Source: an uncultured Methanosarcinales archaeon | GTDB taxonomy: Archaea > Nanobdellota > Nanobdellia > Woesearchaeales > JABIAG01 | Reading direction: 5' to 3' | Length of the DNA: 64,000 nucleotides | NCBI GenBank assembly: GCA_964544335.1 | Contig: CAZJAJ010000004.1 | Coordinates: 67,689-131,688 of the forward strand | Shown: positions 1 through 9,741 of the stretch, one piece after another | How positions within the stretch are numbered: position 1 is the stretch's first letter | Layout of the letters: each line of letters starts with the position of its first letter | Made by a program: the position numbers and the translations under genes | Notes under the pieces: model-generated | Told to the model about the DNA's origin: nothing | The model's input: the letters and a program-made list of their open reading frames with translations, nothing else | Database searches by the model: none

Positions 1-174
1 ACATAGATGGCTACTTTAGTCATATGCTAAAATTGCATAGGGTGCTTATTATTGTTTCTATATTAGATAGGTAGAAAAAGGGTCAAAAAATGGCTTTTTT
101 GCTAGAATTTTAAAGTTTTAGAAGCTCTACTCTTGTTTGAAAAGTGTGGACTAAGGGTGCCCTTAGTATATGGT

Positions 175-1155
175 TTATTGCGATTTAATCTCATATCTCC
201 CACATTTTCCACTAATATCATCAAAAATGCTTCGTATGTGTTTTTGACTGATGTCCCCATATATGGTAAACGTCCCTTGCTTCATTCGCACTGATCCTGA
301 GTCATGACGTCTAATGTGTGATTGAATTTGGCGCTTTGCACTAATTAGCTGTGGCTTTTCAAAATTATCCGTTTCTACAACATATTCTCTGTGTTTCTTT
401 AACGTATCATCAAGACTATCAACAGATTGTCCCATTTTATCAATTTGATAATACATTAACGTTTGCTCACCATCAAATGATTGTTCACGTGCCATTCTTC
501 GTCCATAGTCACGCATTGCCCCACGAAGTAGACCATTATACGTCTCTCTTTCAGATTTAGGAATACATACCGTAGGCAACCCATTACTAAATAATATGGC
601 GTTCATTAACATTCGAGATGAACGTCCATTACCATCATAAAAAGGGTGAATTCTACAGATGTGCATATGCGCATTTAAAGCTCGAATACCAGGATTTAAG
701 TCAGTCATATTAAGATATTCAACAAGATCATACATCTCTCCTGCAACTCTTTGACCACCTGGCGGGTGCACATCACCGTGCCCAGACATTCTGACATCAC
801 CAGTTCTGTAATCATGACGTCTTGTATTTATACAAGATTGCCTCATGTGCGTTTCATCAAGGTGTGCAACAAGTTCAAGTAAGTATTCATCAGTAATATT
901 TCCTTCCTCGTAGTTTTCAGTTGCAAATTTCCATGCACTCATTAATCTATCAGTAAGTTCAGGTGTTTCCTGTTGATCTGGCTCAAGATGGACACTATGT
1001 CTGTTTGCATCATGAAATAGTGCATTTCGTGCTTCTTGGCGCCTTTTACAGGTATATTCAGGGTCATTTGCAATCCTTGCAGACTTTACTGCAATCCCAG
1101 ATAGTTTCAATTCAGGCATAAAATGATGATATTGTTTGATTAAATCTCGAGTCAT
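175..1155 (-). CDS. Fic/DOC domain protein
   Basis: Fic catalytic motif HPFYDGNGRSSR (613-648) preceded by HMHICRI helix; 326 aa. Confidence 0.85.
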   Translation of the reverse strand: MTRDLIKQYHHFMPELKLSGIAVKSARIANDPEYTCKRRQEARNALFHDANRHSVHLEPDQQETPELTDRLMSAWKFATENYEEGNITDEYLLELVAHLDETHMRQSCINTRRHDYRTGDVRMSGHGDVHPPGGQRVAGEMYDLVEYLNMTDLNPGIRALNAHMHICRIHPFYDGNGRSSRMLMNAILFSNGLPTVCIPKSERETYNGLLRGAMRDYGRRMAREQSFDGEQTLMYYQIDKMGQSVDSLDDTLKKHREYVVETDNFEKPQLISAKRQIQSHIRRHDSGSVRMKQGTFTIYGDISQKHIRSIFDDISGKCGRYEIKSQ

Positions 1156-1371
1156 GCGTCTTGGAATGAACTTTTAGTATATAAACGTTTGCTTTTTGTA
1201 ATCACTCGTGAGTGGTCAATACTAAAACAAATTATTTTCATTTTGCTTAAATGTTTTATGCTCGTTATTTTTAGTTTTTCATTGCAGTTTTCTACACCAA
1301 AAGTATTAGTTTTTGATATTAGAAAATAATTTATTAATTCATTAAGGAAAATCATAGAAAAGTGAACTTGC

Positions 1372-2082
1372 TTATCCCACATAAGAAATTTGTTTTTCCT
1401 TCTGGAGTTGGGAGACTTCAGAGGATTTTTGCACAAGACCTTTGACTTTTGCTTCAAAGAGTTCTGCTTGATGCAGTAGCGGCTCAGGATCCACCTTAAG
1501 GCCCAAATATTTGTCCAGAGAGAGGATTACGTTTGCAGCAGCTCTTGAGTCCGGCAGCTGAGAAGCAGTCTCAGCGAGCAAAGAAATGAACTTGTGTTGG
1601 TTTTGTGCAAGCATAGCTGCAGTTACTCCCACAATAATGCCTTCTTTGAGTTCTTTGAGATCATGTTTTTCTAGTGATGATTTGAATTTATTTTCATTCG
1701 TGTAGTAGAATACACTTTGCTCTTGTTCCTGTGGTGTTTGTGACATGACACCCTCTATAGAAATAATTTGTTTTGCTTGTGATTTTGTTGCAATGTCAAG
1801 AATGATGCTACTGATGTCCCATTCTTTCTTTTGTCCTGGAGCAATAGAATGTATGATGATAAGATTATACTTTTTTGCATAGTAGAGTGTGATGGGTTTG
1901 ATGAGCTTTCCTTCGTGAAGTGCTACAAGTGCTTGTTGATCTTTGAGAATGATTGCTCCTATCTCTTCTACATCCAGATGATTGATAAGAAATTCAGTTG
2001 TGATGGTTCCTACAAGTCCAAATCCAGGAAAGCCTTCAATAATTGTTGCACCTTTTGGTACTTTTTTTAGTTTTACGTCCAT
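1372..2082 (-). CDS. PAC2-family proteasome assembly chaperone
   Basis: N-terminal IIEGFPGFGLVGTI motif, GIIVGVTAAML and PDSRAAA segments typical of archaeal PAC2 proteins; 236 aa. Confidence 0.8.
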   Translation of the reverse strand: MDVKLKKVPKGATIIEGFPGFGLVGTITTEFLINHLDVEEIGAIILKDQQALVALHEGKLIKPITLYYAKKYNLIIIHSIAPGQKKEWDISSIILDIATKSQAKQIISIEGVMSQTPQEQEQSVFYYTNENKFKSSLEKHDLKELKEGIIVGVTAAMLAQNQHKFISLLAETASQLPDSRAAANVILSLDKYLGLKVDPEPLLHQAELFEAKVKGLVQKSSEVSQLQKEKQISYVG

Positions 2083-2127
2083 TATACTCGAGAAATTACA
2101 CTATTGGTGATATATAAACGTTGTGTT

Positions 2128-2790
2128 TTAAACAAGAGCAGTATCAGGAAATTCTCTTGTTGGTACGTCTATTTGTCCTCTATTTTGATCTTTTACTTGT
2201 AATAGTTGAATTGGTGCAAAGTTTCTATCTCGAACTCTTAGCGTACTAAATGGTTTCATTACACCTCTTACTCTTGCAAGATTTTCTCTACCAATTACTT
2301 CCTCAATTTCATTTTCCCAGTTATCTTGATATTCCAGTAATATGGGTCTTCCAAATAGAAAAGAATTAGGTGGTGCAATTGCGCGTGTGATCACTTCACC
2401 ACACACTATTTTATAGGAGTTCATTTTTGCAAATAATGTACTCAATTCAACTTCGGGAGTATAAAATTGTGCTGCAACAGCAAATTGCTTTCCAAGGTGC
2501 ACGGGAGCACTTATTTGATAAAATATTTCATCCATACGCATAGATCGTAGGTTACTTTCACGAAAAAAATTTCTTTTTTTTGCATCTATATCTGCATACA
2601 TGAGCGTTTCTAGAATTCTTTTTTCTCTTTTTTTAATTTGACTTAGTGATACCTCTAAATCATCAGTTAAATCGACATCAAGTGAGCTTATTTGCATAAA
2701 TGGAGGTGACCATGGTTCAATCATGCCTAACTCTCTGCCATCTCTTGCTACATATTGATTATTCCTGAATTCTACAGATGTTAATTGCAT
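2128..2790 (-). CDS. hypothetical protein
   Basis: 220-aa ORF filling the gap between PAC2 and tRNA-Thr; no family recognised. Confidence 0.55.
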   Translation of the reverse strand: MQLTSVEFRNNQYVARDGRELGMIEPWSPPFMQISSLDVDLTDDLEVSLSQIKKREKRILETLMYADIDAKKRNFFRESNLRSMRMDEIFYQISAPVHLGKQFAVAAQFYTPEVELSTLFAKMNSYKIVCGEVITRAIAPPNSFLFGRPILLEYQDNWENEIEEVIGRENLARVRGVMKPFSTLRVRDRNFAPIQLLQVKDQNRGQIDVPTREFPDTALV

Positions 2791-2847
2791 AAGGTTGCGT
2801 GAATTGTTGTTTGTTTAAAAAGAATTGGGTGTTTAGAAAAAAAGGAG

Positions 2848-2944
2848 AGCCTCCGCCGAGACTTGAACTCGGGACCTCTGCATCTTTGTTATGTGCTACT
2901 GCACAAATACCAATGCAACGCTCTACCAACTGAGCCACGGAGGC
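2848..2944 (-). tRNA. tRNA-Thr(GGT) with 24-nt intron at 37/38 (2884-2907); CCA not encoded
   Basis: Cloverleaf GCCTCCG/CGGAGGC, D arm GCTC/GAGC, anticodon GGT (2909-2911), T arm CCGAG-TTCAAGT-CTCGG; 73 nt after intron removal. Confidence 0.95.
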
Positions 2945-3037
2945 AATTTTTGTTTTTCGTACGGCCTTTTAGGTCGTACATGACCTTCGTGTCAAGTGAG
3001 AACGCACTTGCGCGTTATCAAATAAGCCACGGAGGCA
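2933..3037 (-). repeat. 13-bp duplication of the tRNA-Thr 5' end (2933-2945 and 3025-3037) heading a degenerate tRNA-like segment
   Basis: agccacggaggca occurs twice, 92 bp apart; the upstream copy continues into a D-arm-like segment and two hairpins. Confidence 0.6.
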
Positions 3038-3078
3038 TGTATACCAACTCGTGACGTCTGGTTGTTTTTTAAATATTA

Positions 3079-3495
3079 CTACTCCATGCCTTTACGAATG
3101 ATGCTAGATTTGAATGTATCTGGTTTGTGTGCGTTTTTAGAGCGCAATATTTGCGGTCTAAGGCCTCTTTGTGCGAGTTCTTGCTCTAGTTGATCGGTGA
3201 ATGCAAACTGGTCGTAGCCAAGAAATATGACGTCAGGATTCACTTCGACTACTACGGTGTATTTGTCTTCGCCTTCGTTGCCTAGCATGGCATGATCAAC
3301 AAATTCGAGTTCCTGGATGGCATGAAGTCGCTCTTCTTCGTTATGAACGGGAAGTTGCCCTTTTACTTTTTTTACCGTTGAGTCTCTTGCAACGACTACT
3401 ACGAGAATGTCTCCGTGTTCTTTTGCTTCTTGAAGGAAGTGTTTGTGTCCTTCGTGGAGTGTGTCAAAGGTTCCAAATGATAAGACGGTTGTCAT
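3079..3495 (-). CDS. ribL: FAD synthase / cytidylyltransferase-family protein
   Basis: SFGTFDTLHEGH (HxGH) motif, VVVARD, PDVIFLGYDQ; start taken at MTTVLSF (3495) rather than the longer ORF. Confidence 0.8.
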   Translation of the reverse strand: MTTVLSFGTFDTLHEGHKHFLQEAKEHGDILVVVVARDSTVKKVKGQLPVHNEEERLHAIQELEFVDHAMLGNEGEDKYTVVVEVNPDVIFLGYDQFAFTDQLEQELAQRGLRPQILRSKNAHKPDTFKSSIIRKGME

Positions 3496-3575
3496 GAGGT
3501 GATGTTTGGGTTGTTTTTTTTTTAAATATAGTGGATCACAATAACCCTTAAAAATGACCATTTTGTTGTATTTGT

Positions 3576-6008
3576 ATGAAGCTCACTCCCGGTATGCAGC
3601 AGTATATGGATGTTAAGAATGCGCATCCTGATTGTATCATTCTGTTTCGGATGGGTGATTTTTATGAGACGTTTTTTGAGGACGCAAAAATTTGTGCACG
3701 CGAACTTGAGATTACACTGACTGCAAGAGGGAAGGGTGAGACGCGAGCTCCACTTGCAGGTATTCCCTATCATTCTATTGACCCCTACATTGCTAAATTG
3801 ATTAAGAAAGGATACAAGGTGGGAATTGTTGAGCAAACAGAGGATCCAAAAAAAGCAAAAGGTCTTGTGAAACGAGATCTTGTTCGGATCATTACTCCGG
3901 GAACTGTTGTTGAATCACTGATGCTTTCTGAGGGAGAGAATAATTATTTGATGGCGCTTGCAAAAGAGAAAGATGATGTTGCTCTTGCGGTGTGTGATAT
4001 GTCTACAGGTGAGTTTTTGACTACGCAACTTTCCAAAGAAAAATTGATGAGTGAAGTTCGGCGTCTTTCACCAAAAGAAATTGTGTATCCTATGTCGCTT
4101 GATCATGCTGATTTTATTGCAGAGCTTAAAGAGCAACAATTTTTACTTCATGATTTTGATGATCGACATTTTCAACAAGAAAAAGCAATGCAGGAATTGA
4201 AAGATCATTTTAGTGTTGCAAACTTGAAAGGTTTTGGCGAGTATTCTGATTTGATGGTGCAAACAAGTGGGGCGTTGCTTTCCTACTTGAAGACGACGCA
4301 AATGACTGCACTCCCACATATTCAATCTTTGCACCAGTATGTGCTTGATGAGTTCATGCATCTTGATAGTTCGACTATTCGAAATTTAGAATTGGTTTCT
4401 GGATTGTTTAGTGATAGTGATGAAGGAACGTTACTAAAGGTTGTTGATCATACCGTTACGCCAATGGGTAAACGATTGCTTCGTAAATGGATTACAGCTC
4501 CACTTAAGCAGAAGATGATGATTGATGAGCGGCTTGATGCGGTTGCATCACTCAAGGATGATTTACTTTCTAGAACACGACTTCGTGAATCACTTTCAAA
4601 TATGTATGACATTGAACGACTGGTTGCACGTATCTCATTTGGTAATGCAAATCCAAAAGACTTAGTGAGTTTGAAACTATCTCTTGGTGAACTTCCTTCT
4701 GTTCGTACGTTACTTACCACACAGAAAGCACCGCTGCTTGTGTCTATTGCATCACTTCCGGATGTGTCACGTGCGCATGATTTGATTGCTAAAGCAATTA
4801 AGGATGAACCCAATACAACGCTTCGTGAAGGGAATGTCATTAAGAAAGGATACCATAGTGAACTTGATGAGCTTCGTGAAATTGCAACGCATGGGAAAGA
4901 TCATCTTGCTGCACTTGAAGAGAGAGAACGAGAAAAAACTGGCATTAAATCTCTTAAAGTGAAGTTCAACAAAGTGTTTGGATATTTTATTGAAGTGTCA
5001 AAATCAAATTTACATTTAGTTCCTGAAGAATACATTCGTAAACAAACACAAGTAAATGCTGAGCGATATATCACTGAAGAACTCAAAGAAATGGAAAATA
5101 AAATTCTTGGTGCTGAAGAACGCAATGTGCAATTGGAGTATGAATTATTTATGCAAGTGCTTGAAGAATTGAAACGATTTATTGCACCCATTCAAGATAT
5201 TGCAAAAAAACTTGCAACGCTTGATTGTATTATCTCACATGCACATCTTGCACAAGCACGAGCGTATGTAAAACCTGAAATGAATGAAGATGGTGTGCTT
5301 GAACTCATTGATTCGAGGCATCCTGTTGTTGAGGCATTGTCTTCTCATCCTTTTATTCCAAACAATTGTTCTCTTCGTGAAGATGCACGCATGATGATTA
5401 TTACTGGCCCTAATATGGCAGGTAAGTCCACATACATGCGGCAAGTTGCTTTGATCACACTTATGGCACACATTGGATGTTTTGTTCCTGCGCAATCTGC
5501 TTCTGTTTGTGTTGTTGATCGCATCTTTACGCGTATTGGTGCGTATGATGATTTGGTTTCAGGACAGAGTACGTTCATGGTTGAGATGAATGAGACGGCA
5601 AATATTTTACATAATGCTACAAAGGATAGTCTAGTTATTGTTGATGAAATTGGAAGAGGTACTTCAACGTACGATGGTCTCTCACTTGCGTTTGCTATTG
5701 CTGAATATTTGTATGCGAATATTTCTTGCATGACGTTATTTGCAACACACTATCATCATTTGAATCAACTTGCGGATATGCATGAGGGGATTAAAAATTA
5801 TAATATTGCTGTTGAAGAACGCGATGATGATATTATTTTCCTTCGAAAGATTGTTGAAGGCGGTACTGATAAAAGTTATGGTATTCAGGTTGCGCGACTT
5901 GCAGGTGTTCCTCAAGCTGTGATTGATACATCAAAAAAAGTGATGAGTGAATTTGAAGAGAAGAAAGAGAGGAGGGAGCGAGATTTTACGCTCAATAGAT
6001 TTTTCTAA
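3576..6008 (+). CDS. mutS: DNA mismatch repair protein MutS (MutS1 type)
   Basis: TPGMQQY, LFRMGDFYETF mismatch-binding motif, GPNMAGKSTYMRQ Walker A, STFMVEM, DEIGRGT, FATHYH, SYGIQVARLAG. Confidence 0.97.
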   Translation: MKLTPGMQQYMDVKNAHPDCIILFRMGDFYETFFEDAKICARELEITLTARGKGETRAPLAGIPYHSIDPYIAKLIKKGYKVGIVEQTEDPKKAKGLVKRDLVRIITPGTVVESLMLSEGENNYLMALAKEKDDVALAVCDMSTGEFLTTQLSKEKLMSEVRRLSPKEIVYPMSLDHADFIAELKEQQFLLHDFDDRHFQQEKAMQELKDHFSVANLKGFGEYSDLMVQTSGALLSYLKTTQMTALPHIQSLHQYVLDEFMHLDSSTIRNLELVSGLFSDSDEGTLLKVVDHTVTPMGKRLLRKWITAPLKQKMMIDERLDAVASLKDDLLSRTRLRESLSNMYDIERLVARISFGNANPKDLVSLKLSLGELPSVRTLLTTQKAPLLVSIASLPDVSRAHDLIAKAIKDEPNTTLREGNVIKKGYHSELDELREIATHGKDHLAALEEREREKTGIKSLKVKFNKVFGYFIEVSKSNLHLVPEEYIRKQTQVNAERYITEELKEMENKILGAEERNVQLEYELFMQVLEELKRFIAPIQDIAKKLATLDCIISHAHLAQARAYVKPEMNEDGVLELIDSRHPVVEALSSHPFIPNNCSLREDARMMIITGPNMAGKSTYMRQVALITLMAHIGCFVPAQSASVCVVDRIFTRIGAYDDLVSGQSTFMVEMNETANILHNATKDSLVIVDEIGRGTSTYDGLSLAFAIAEYLYANISCMTLFATHYHHLNQLADMHEGIKNYNIAVEERDDDIIFLRKIVEGGTDKSYGIQVARLAGVPQAVIDTSKKVMSEFEEKKERRERDFTLNRFF

Positions 6009-7759
6009 TGGCCATTCATATTTTACCAGATTCGTTGATTAATAAAATTGCTGCAGGTGAAGTAATTGAACGACCTGCTTCTGTTGTAAAAGAACTTATT
6101 GAAAATTCCATTGATGCTAAGGCAAATAGTATTGAAGTGAGTATTGAACAAGCCGGTCTTGGTTTAATTAAAGTTGTGGATAATGGTGTTGGCATGGATG
6201 AGAAAGATGCAAAGTTGTGTTTTGCTCGTCATGCAACGTCAAAGATTCATGATGGAAAAGATATTTTTGCCATTGGATCTCTTGGATTTCGTGGTGAAGC
6301 ACTTGCAAGTATTTCAGAAGTTGCTCATGTTACTTTGTTAACAAAGGATAGTGCTGATGTGGGAACGATGCTTGTTGTTGAGAGCGGAAAGGTACTCAAG
6401 GAAGAAGCAGCTAGTCGCGCACGCGGGACCACTATTGAAGTAAGAGATTTATTTTTTAATGTTCCTGCACGTAAAGCGTATTTGAAATCTGTTCAGGTTG
6501 AGATGAATCATATTACGAATGTGGTTATGCAATATGCGCTTATTCATCCTGAGATCAATATTCGGTTGTTGTCTAATGGAAAAGAAATCATTCATGCACC
6601 CATTACTGATAATTTTTTGAACAATGTGATGTTTGTGTATGGAACTGAAATTGGAAAAGAATTGATTCCTGTCGATTTTAGTTTAAATAACATTCATGTG
6701 ACGGGTGTTATTTCTCGTCCTTCATATACGAGGGGAGATAGAAGTAATCAATCGTTGTATATTAATTCGCGGCATATCAAACATTCTCTGATTACCGATA
6801 GTGTGTATGATGGGTATGAACGTTTATTATTTACTGGAAGACATCCTGTTTTTGTGTTGAATATTGACATGGATTTTTCTCTTGTTGATGTAAATGTGCA
6901 TCCTGCAAAACGAGAAGTTCGTTTGAAAAATGAGCAGGAACTTGAGATTGTTGTTCGTCAGGCTGTTGCTGATGCACTTTCTGATGCAAATTTAATTACG
7001 CCTGCAACACTTGAGAATGAGACTACGCAGGCACCGATTGCCAATTATACGTTTAGTACCGATACACAAGAGACACTGCAGGTTGCAGAGGAGGTTGAGA
7101 AATATGTGAGTACTCGTCAAGCGCCTGATGTGGTTCAAAAAGAACGTGAACGTGTGTATGTTGGTGATGAAAAAGTGAAACTTGGTCCGTTTAATATTTT
7201 AGGTCAAGTCAATCGTACGTTTGTAATTGCAGAAAATCCACAAGGTCTTTGTATTATTGATCAGCATGCTGCACATGAGCGTGTGAATTATGAAACGTTT
7301 CTTGCAGATCTTGAAGGGAAGAGTTTGAAAATTCAAGAACTCATTACGCCAAAGGTACTTGAAGTAACTCCGGTGCAATTTGGTATTGCACTTGCAAACA
7401 AAGAGCAAATTGAATCACTTGGGTTTAGATTTGAAGAATTTGGAAATAATAGTTTGAAGCTTTCGGCAATTCCACAATTGTTTGATCGTTTGAAGTCAAC
7501 ATTATTTTTGGATATTTTGAATCAGATTGAGTCGTCTGGTGCAAAAGTGATAGATGATGAAGTACTTGATAGAATTATTCGCTTTAGTTGTAAGGCATCT
7601 ATTAAGGCTGGGGAAGAATTGACTACGATTCAGCTGAAGACCTTGCTTGGGCAACTTGAAGGATGTAGTAATCCATATTCCTGTCCGCATGGTCGACCTA
7701 CGCTTATTCAGTTATCGATTGCTGATCTTGAGAAGAAGTTTAAGCGAAGTGGGTGGTAG
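6008..7759 (+). CDS. mutL: DNA mismatch repair endonuclease MutL
   Basis: IAAGEVIERPASVVKELIENSIDA, GFRGEALASI, DVNVHPAKREV, DQHAAHERVNYE, SCK and CPHGRP motifs; 1-bp overlap with mutS. Confidence 0.97.
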   Translation: MAIHILPDSLINKIAAGEVIERPASVVKELIENSIDAKANSIEVSIEQAGLGLIKVVDNGVGMDEKDAKLCFARHATSKIHDGKDIFAIGSLGFRGEALASISEVAHVTLLTKDSADVGTMLVVESGKVLKEEAASRARGTTIEVRDLFFNVPARKAYLKSVQVEMNHITNVVMQYALIHPEINIRLLSNGKEIIHAPITDNFLNNVMFVYGTEIGKELIPVDFSLNNIHVTGVISRPSYTRGDRSNQSLYINSRHIKHSLITDSVYDGYERLLFTGRHPVFVLNIDMDFSLVDVNVHPAKREVRLKNEQELEIVVRQAVADALSDANLITPATLENETTQAPIANYTFSTDTQETLQVAEEVEKYVSTRQAPDVVQKERERVYVGDEKVKLGPFNILGQVNRTFVIAENPQGLCIIDQHAAHERVNYETFLADLEGKSLKIQELITPKVLEVTPVQFGIALANKEQIESLGFRFEEFGNNSLKLSAIPQLFDRLKSTLFLDILNQIESSGAKVIDDEVLDRIIRFSCKASIKAGEELTTIQLKTLLGQLEGCSNPYSCPHGRPTLIQLSIADLEKKFKRSGW

Positions 7760-7761
7760 AG

Positions 7762-8502
7762 TTATTTAGAACATACTACACAGGTAAGTTCTCTGTCATG
7801 AACATAATCAGTATTACTTTCACACCATGCTGAGTTACATTGCATTTCTGTTTGGTATACAATGCCCTGACCATTTCCTGTACCAAGAGAATTAAAGTCA
7901 TCATCTAAACAAATTTCATCCTGATTTGCGTGACTGTAGTACCCCCCTACATAGTACCCGTCATATTGTTCTGTCCATCCTGATGGGCAATTGTTTATGC
8001 CTACAATGTCCATGGTTACTGATGTCCTGGGTACATAACACACTGCACACGAGATTATTGCATCGTTAGGGAATGTAGTTCCAAGGTCATACCCATTTGT
8101 TCGTATTTGCACTGGATAAAATAATTGCCCATCGCTGTTTCTATCATTATATGTGCCATAGTTTGGACTTTGTGGCATGCATCTCATTTGAGGACCACTG
8201 TGACTATGATATGATCCTGCTGCCCAACCATCGTAGACTTTTTCACCACCGGCAGGACAGTTTGTATTACCCCAATGCGTGTATACTGATGCAATACTAT
8301 CAAAGCTTTCTTGGATGGTTTTAATTTCCCCATCTATTTCTATAACGACTTCATCTGCGCTGTGTCCAAAGGTGGCTGCTTGTGATGCTGCTTTGTTAAA
8401 TGCATCATTGTATGCTGATACGCCTACGATTGCAATGAGTGTGAGAATGAGTGCTACGAGTATGTACAGGTGTTTTTTTGCTATGTTAATCTCTACTTTC
8501 AC
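7762..8502 (-). CDS. secreted/membrane-anchored protein with Cys-rich C-terminal domain resembling spongin short-chain collagen C4 / collagen IV NC1
   Basis: N-terminal hydrophobic segment; two internal repeats (WGNTNCP...YDG...CMP...CAVC; GINNCPSGW...YDG...CLD...ELTCVVCSK). Confidence 0.75.
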   Translation of the reverse strand: MKVEINIAKKHLYILVALILTLIAIVGVSAYNDAFNKAASQAATFGHSADEVVIEIDGEIKTIQESFDSIASVYTHWGNTNCPAGGEKVYDGWAAGSYHSHSGPQMRCMPQSPNYGTYNDRNSDGQLFYPVQIRTNGYDLGTTFPNDAIISCAVCYVPRTSVTMDIVGINNCPSGWTEQYDGYYVGGYYSHANQDEICLDDDFNSLGTGNGQGIVYQTEMQCNSAWCESNTDYVHDRELTCVVCSK

Positions 8503-8580
8503 GAAGATTAATTAATATATAGGTTCTTAAATTCTTCGATTTACCTCTATCTTTTTATGTAAGAGCTGTTTCCTTCCTTC

Positions 8581-8880
8581 ATGGTTAGTAATGAACAGGT
8601 TGATAATTATCTTCAGGCAACTGATTATTTTGCACTTATCCGTGACGCCTTTGTTCCCTTAGAGCATGCAGAAGTGTATTTTACGCATTTAGAACAGCTA
8701 GAAACAGGCATACACGGTCTACTTGCCGATGTAACTGAGGATAATCTTGTTGCTGTTGTCAAGCATCTTGGACATTTTATCCATTGTACTAGACCGGATG
8801 GGTATGGGCACATCCTAGACTTATTGTCGTATGATACACGTATTGCTACTGCGTTTGTAGAAGGTTTTGAGTTACGCTGA
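8581..8880 (+). CDS. hypothetical protein
   Basis: 99-aa ORF divergent from the 7762-8502 gene, protein-like composition. Confidence 0.5.
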   Translation: MVSNEQVDNYLQATDYFALIRDAFVPLEHAEVYFTHLEQLETGIHGLLADVTEDNLVAVVKHLGHFIHCTRPDGYGHILDLLSYDTRIATAFVEGFELR

Positions 8881-9408
8881 TTGTTTTCTTAGGTTCTTGA
8901 ATTCTTTTTCTAGCTTTTCTTTTTTCTGTAGTAATTCATTGTACTCATACCTGCACTCTTCAACGATTCGTCTCATTCTCTTAATTTGATGGGGTGATGC
9001 TTCAAGGTCATGTAAGGCATTGTTGTATTGCTTTACTTTTTCTCTGTATTGACTTTCTGCGATGTTCAACTTACTTCGAGCATATCTGTTTGCTTCAGAT
9101 GCATTGATTGCTTTTGTATTACGTGTTACGATGCCTTTTTTGAACAGTTCATATGTTTGTCTTTCTCTTTGATTCCACTCTTGCATTTGTATTCGTACAT
9201 GTTCTCTTACATGTTCTGCCTGTGGTTTAAAGAAATTTTGTTCTATATCTTTTATTATCTCTTCAGAAGTTTGCATGGATTGTTGTGTTGTTTCAATTCT
9301 ATTCTCATATTGAAGCATTTTTTCAGCAAGTTCTTTCATTCTGAGCATTATTTTACCAAGATCTTCTCCTGTTTTTTCTAATACACTTTTTTTCTTAAAC
9401 AGACCCAT
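8872..9408 (-). CDS. coiled-coil hypothetical protein
   Basis: MGLFKKK start followed by continuous K/E/Q-rich heptads. Confidence 0.6.
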   Translation of the reverse strand: MGLFKKKSVLEKTGEDLGKIMLRMKELAEKMLQYENRIETTQQSMQTSEEIIKDIEQNFFKPQAEHVREHVRIQMQEWNQRERQTYELFKKGIVTRNTKAINASEANRYARSKLNIAESQYREKVKQYNNALHDLEASPHQIKRMRRIVEECRYEYNELLQKKEKLEKEFKNLRKQSA

Positions 9409-9489
9409 GTGTTTTTTCTTGTTTTTTTCTTTATAATCTTTTTGTTTGGAGGATAACACATATAAGCGATGAGTTTTCTGCGTTGTTTC

Positions 9490-9741
9490 ATGAGAAAAGT
9501 GTATGGTCAGTCACAGATTACGCCTTGTCCGTTTTGTAGCGAGTCTTCATTTGTTCGCAATGCGCAGGGCATTCCTGTATGTCAGGCGCACAAGGATGAA
9601 GTGTTTCCTGATGTGAAGTGTACATGTGGATCCTGGCTTGAGCGAAAAGAAGGAAAATTTGGCACGTTTTTTGTGTGTGCCAATTGCGGCATAATCAATA
9701 TGAGAAAAGCAATTTCTATGTTTAATATGTCTAAGAGGTGA
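9490..9741 (+). CDS. small zinc-binding protein (zinc-ribbon-like)
   Basis: CPFC, CQAH, CTCG and CANC motifs with GKFGTFFVC; start 9469 or 9490. Confidence 0.65.
   Translation: MRKVYGQSQITPCPFCSESSFVRNAQGIPVCQAHKDEVFPDVKCTCGSWLERKEGKFGTFFVCANCGIINMRKAISMFNMSKR

Noticed and set aside
1152-1457. ORF upstream of Fic as an antitoxin
   Set aside because: Overlaps the PAC2 3' end, low-complexity translation, no (S/T)xxxE(G/N) motif
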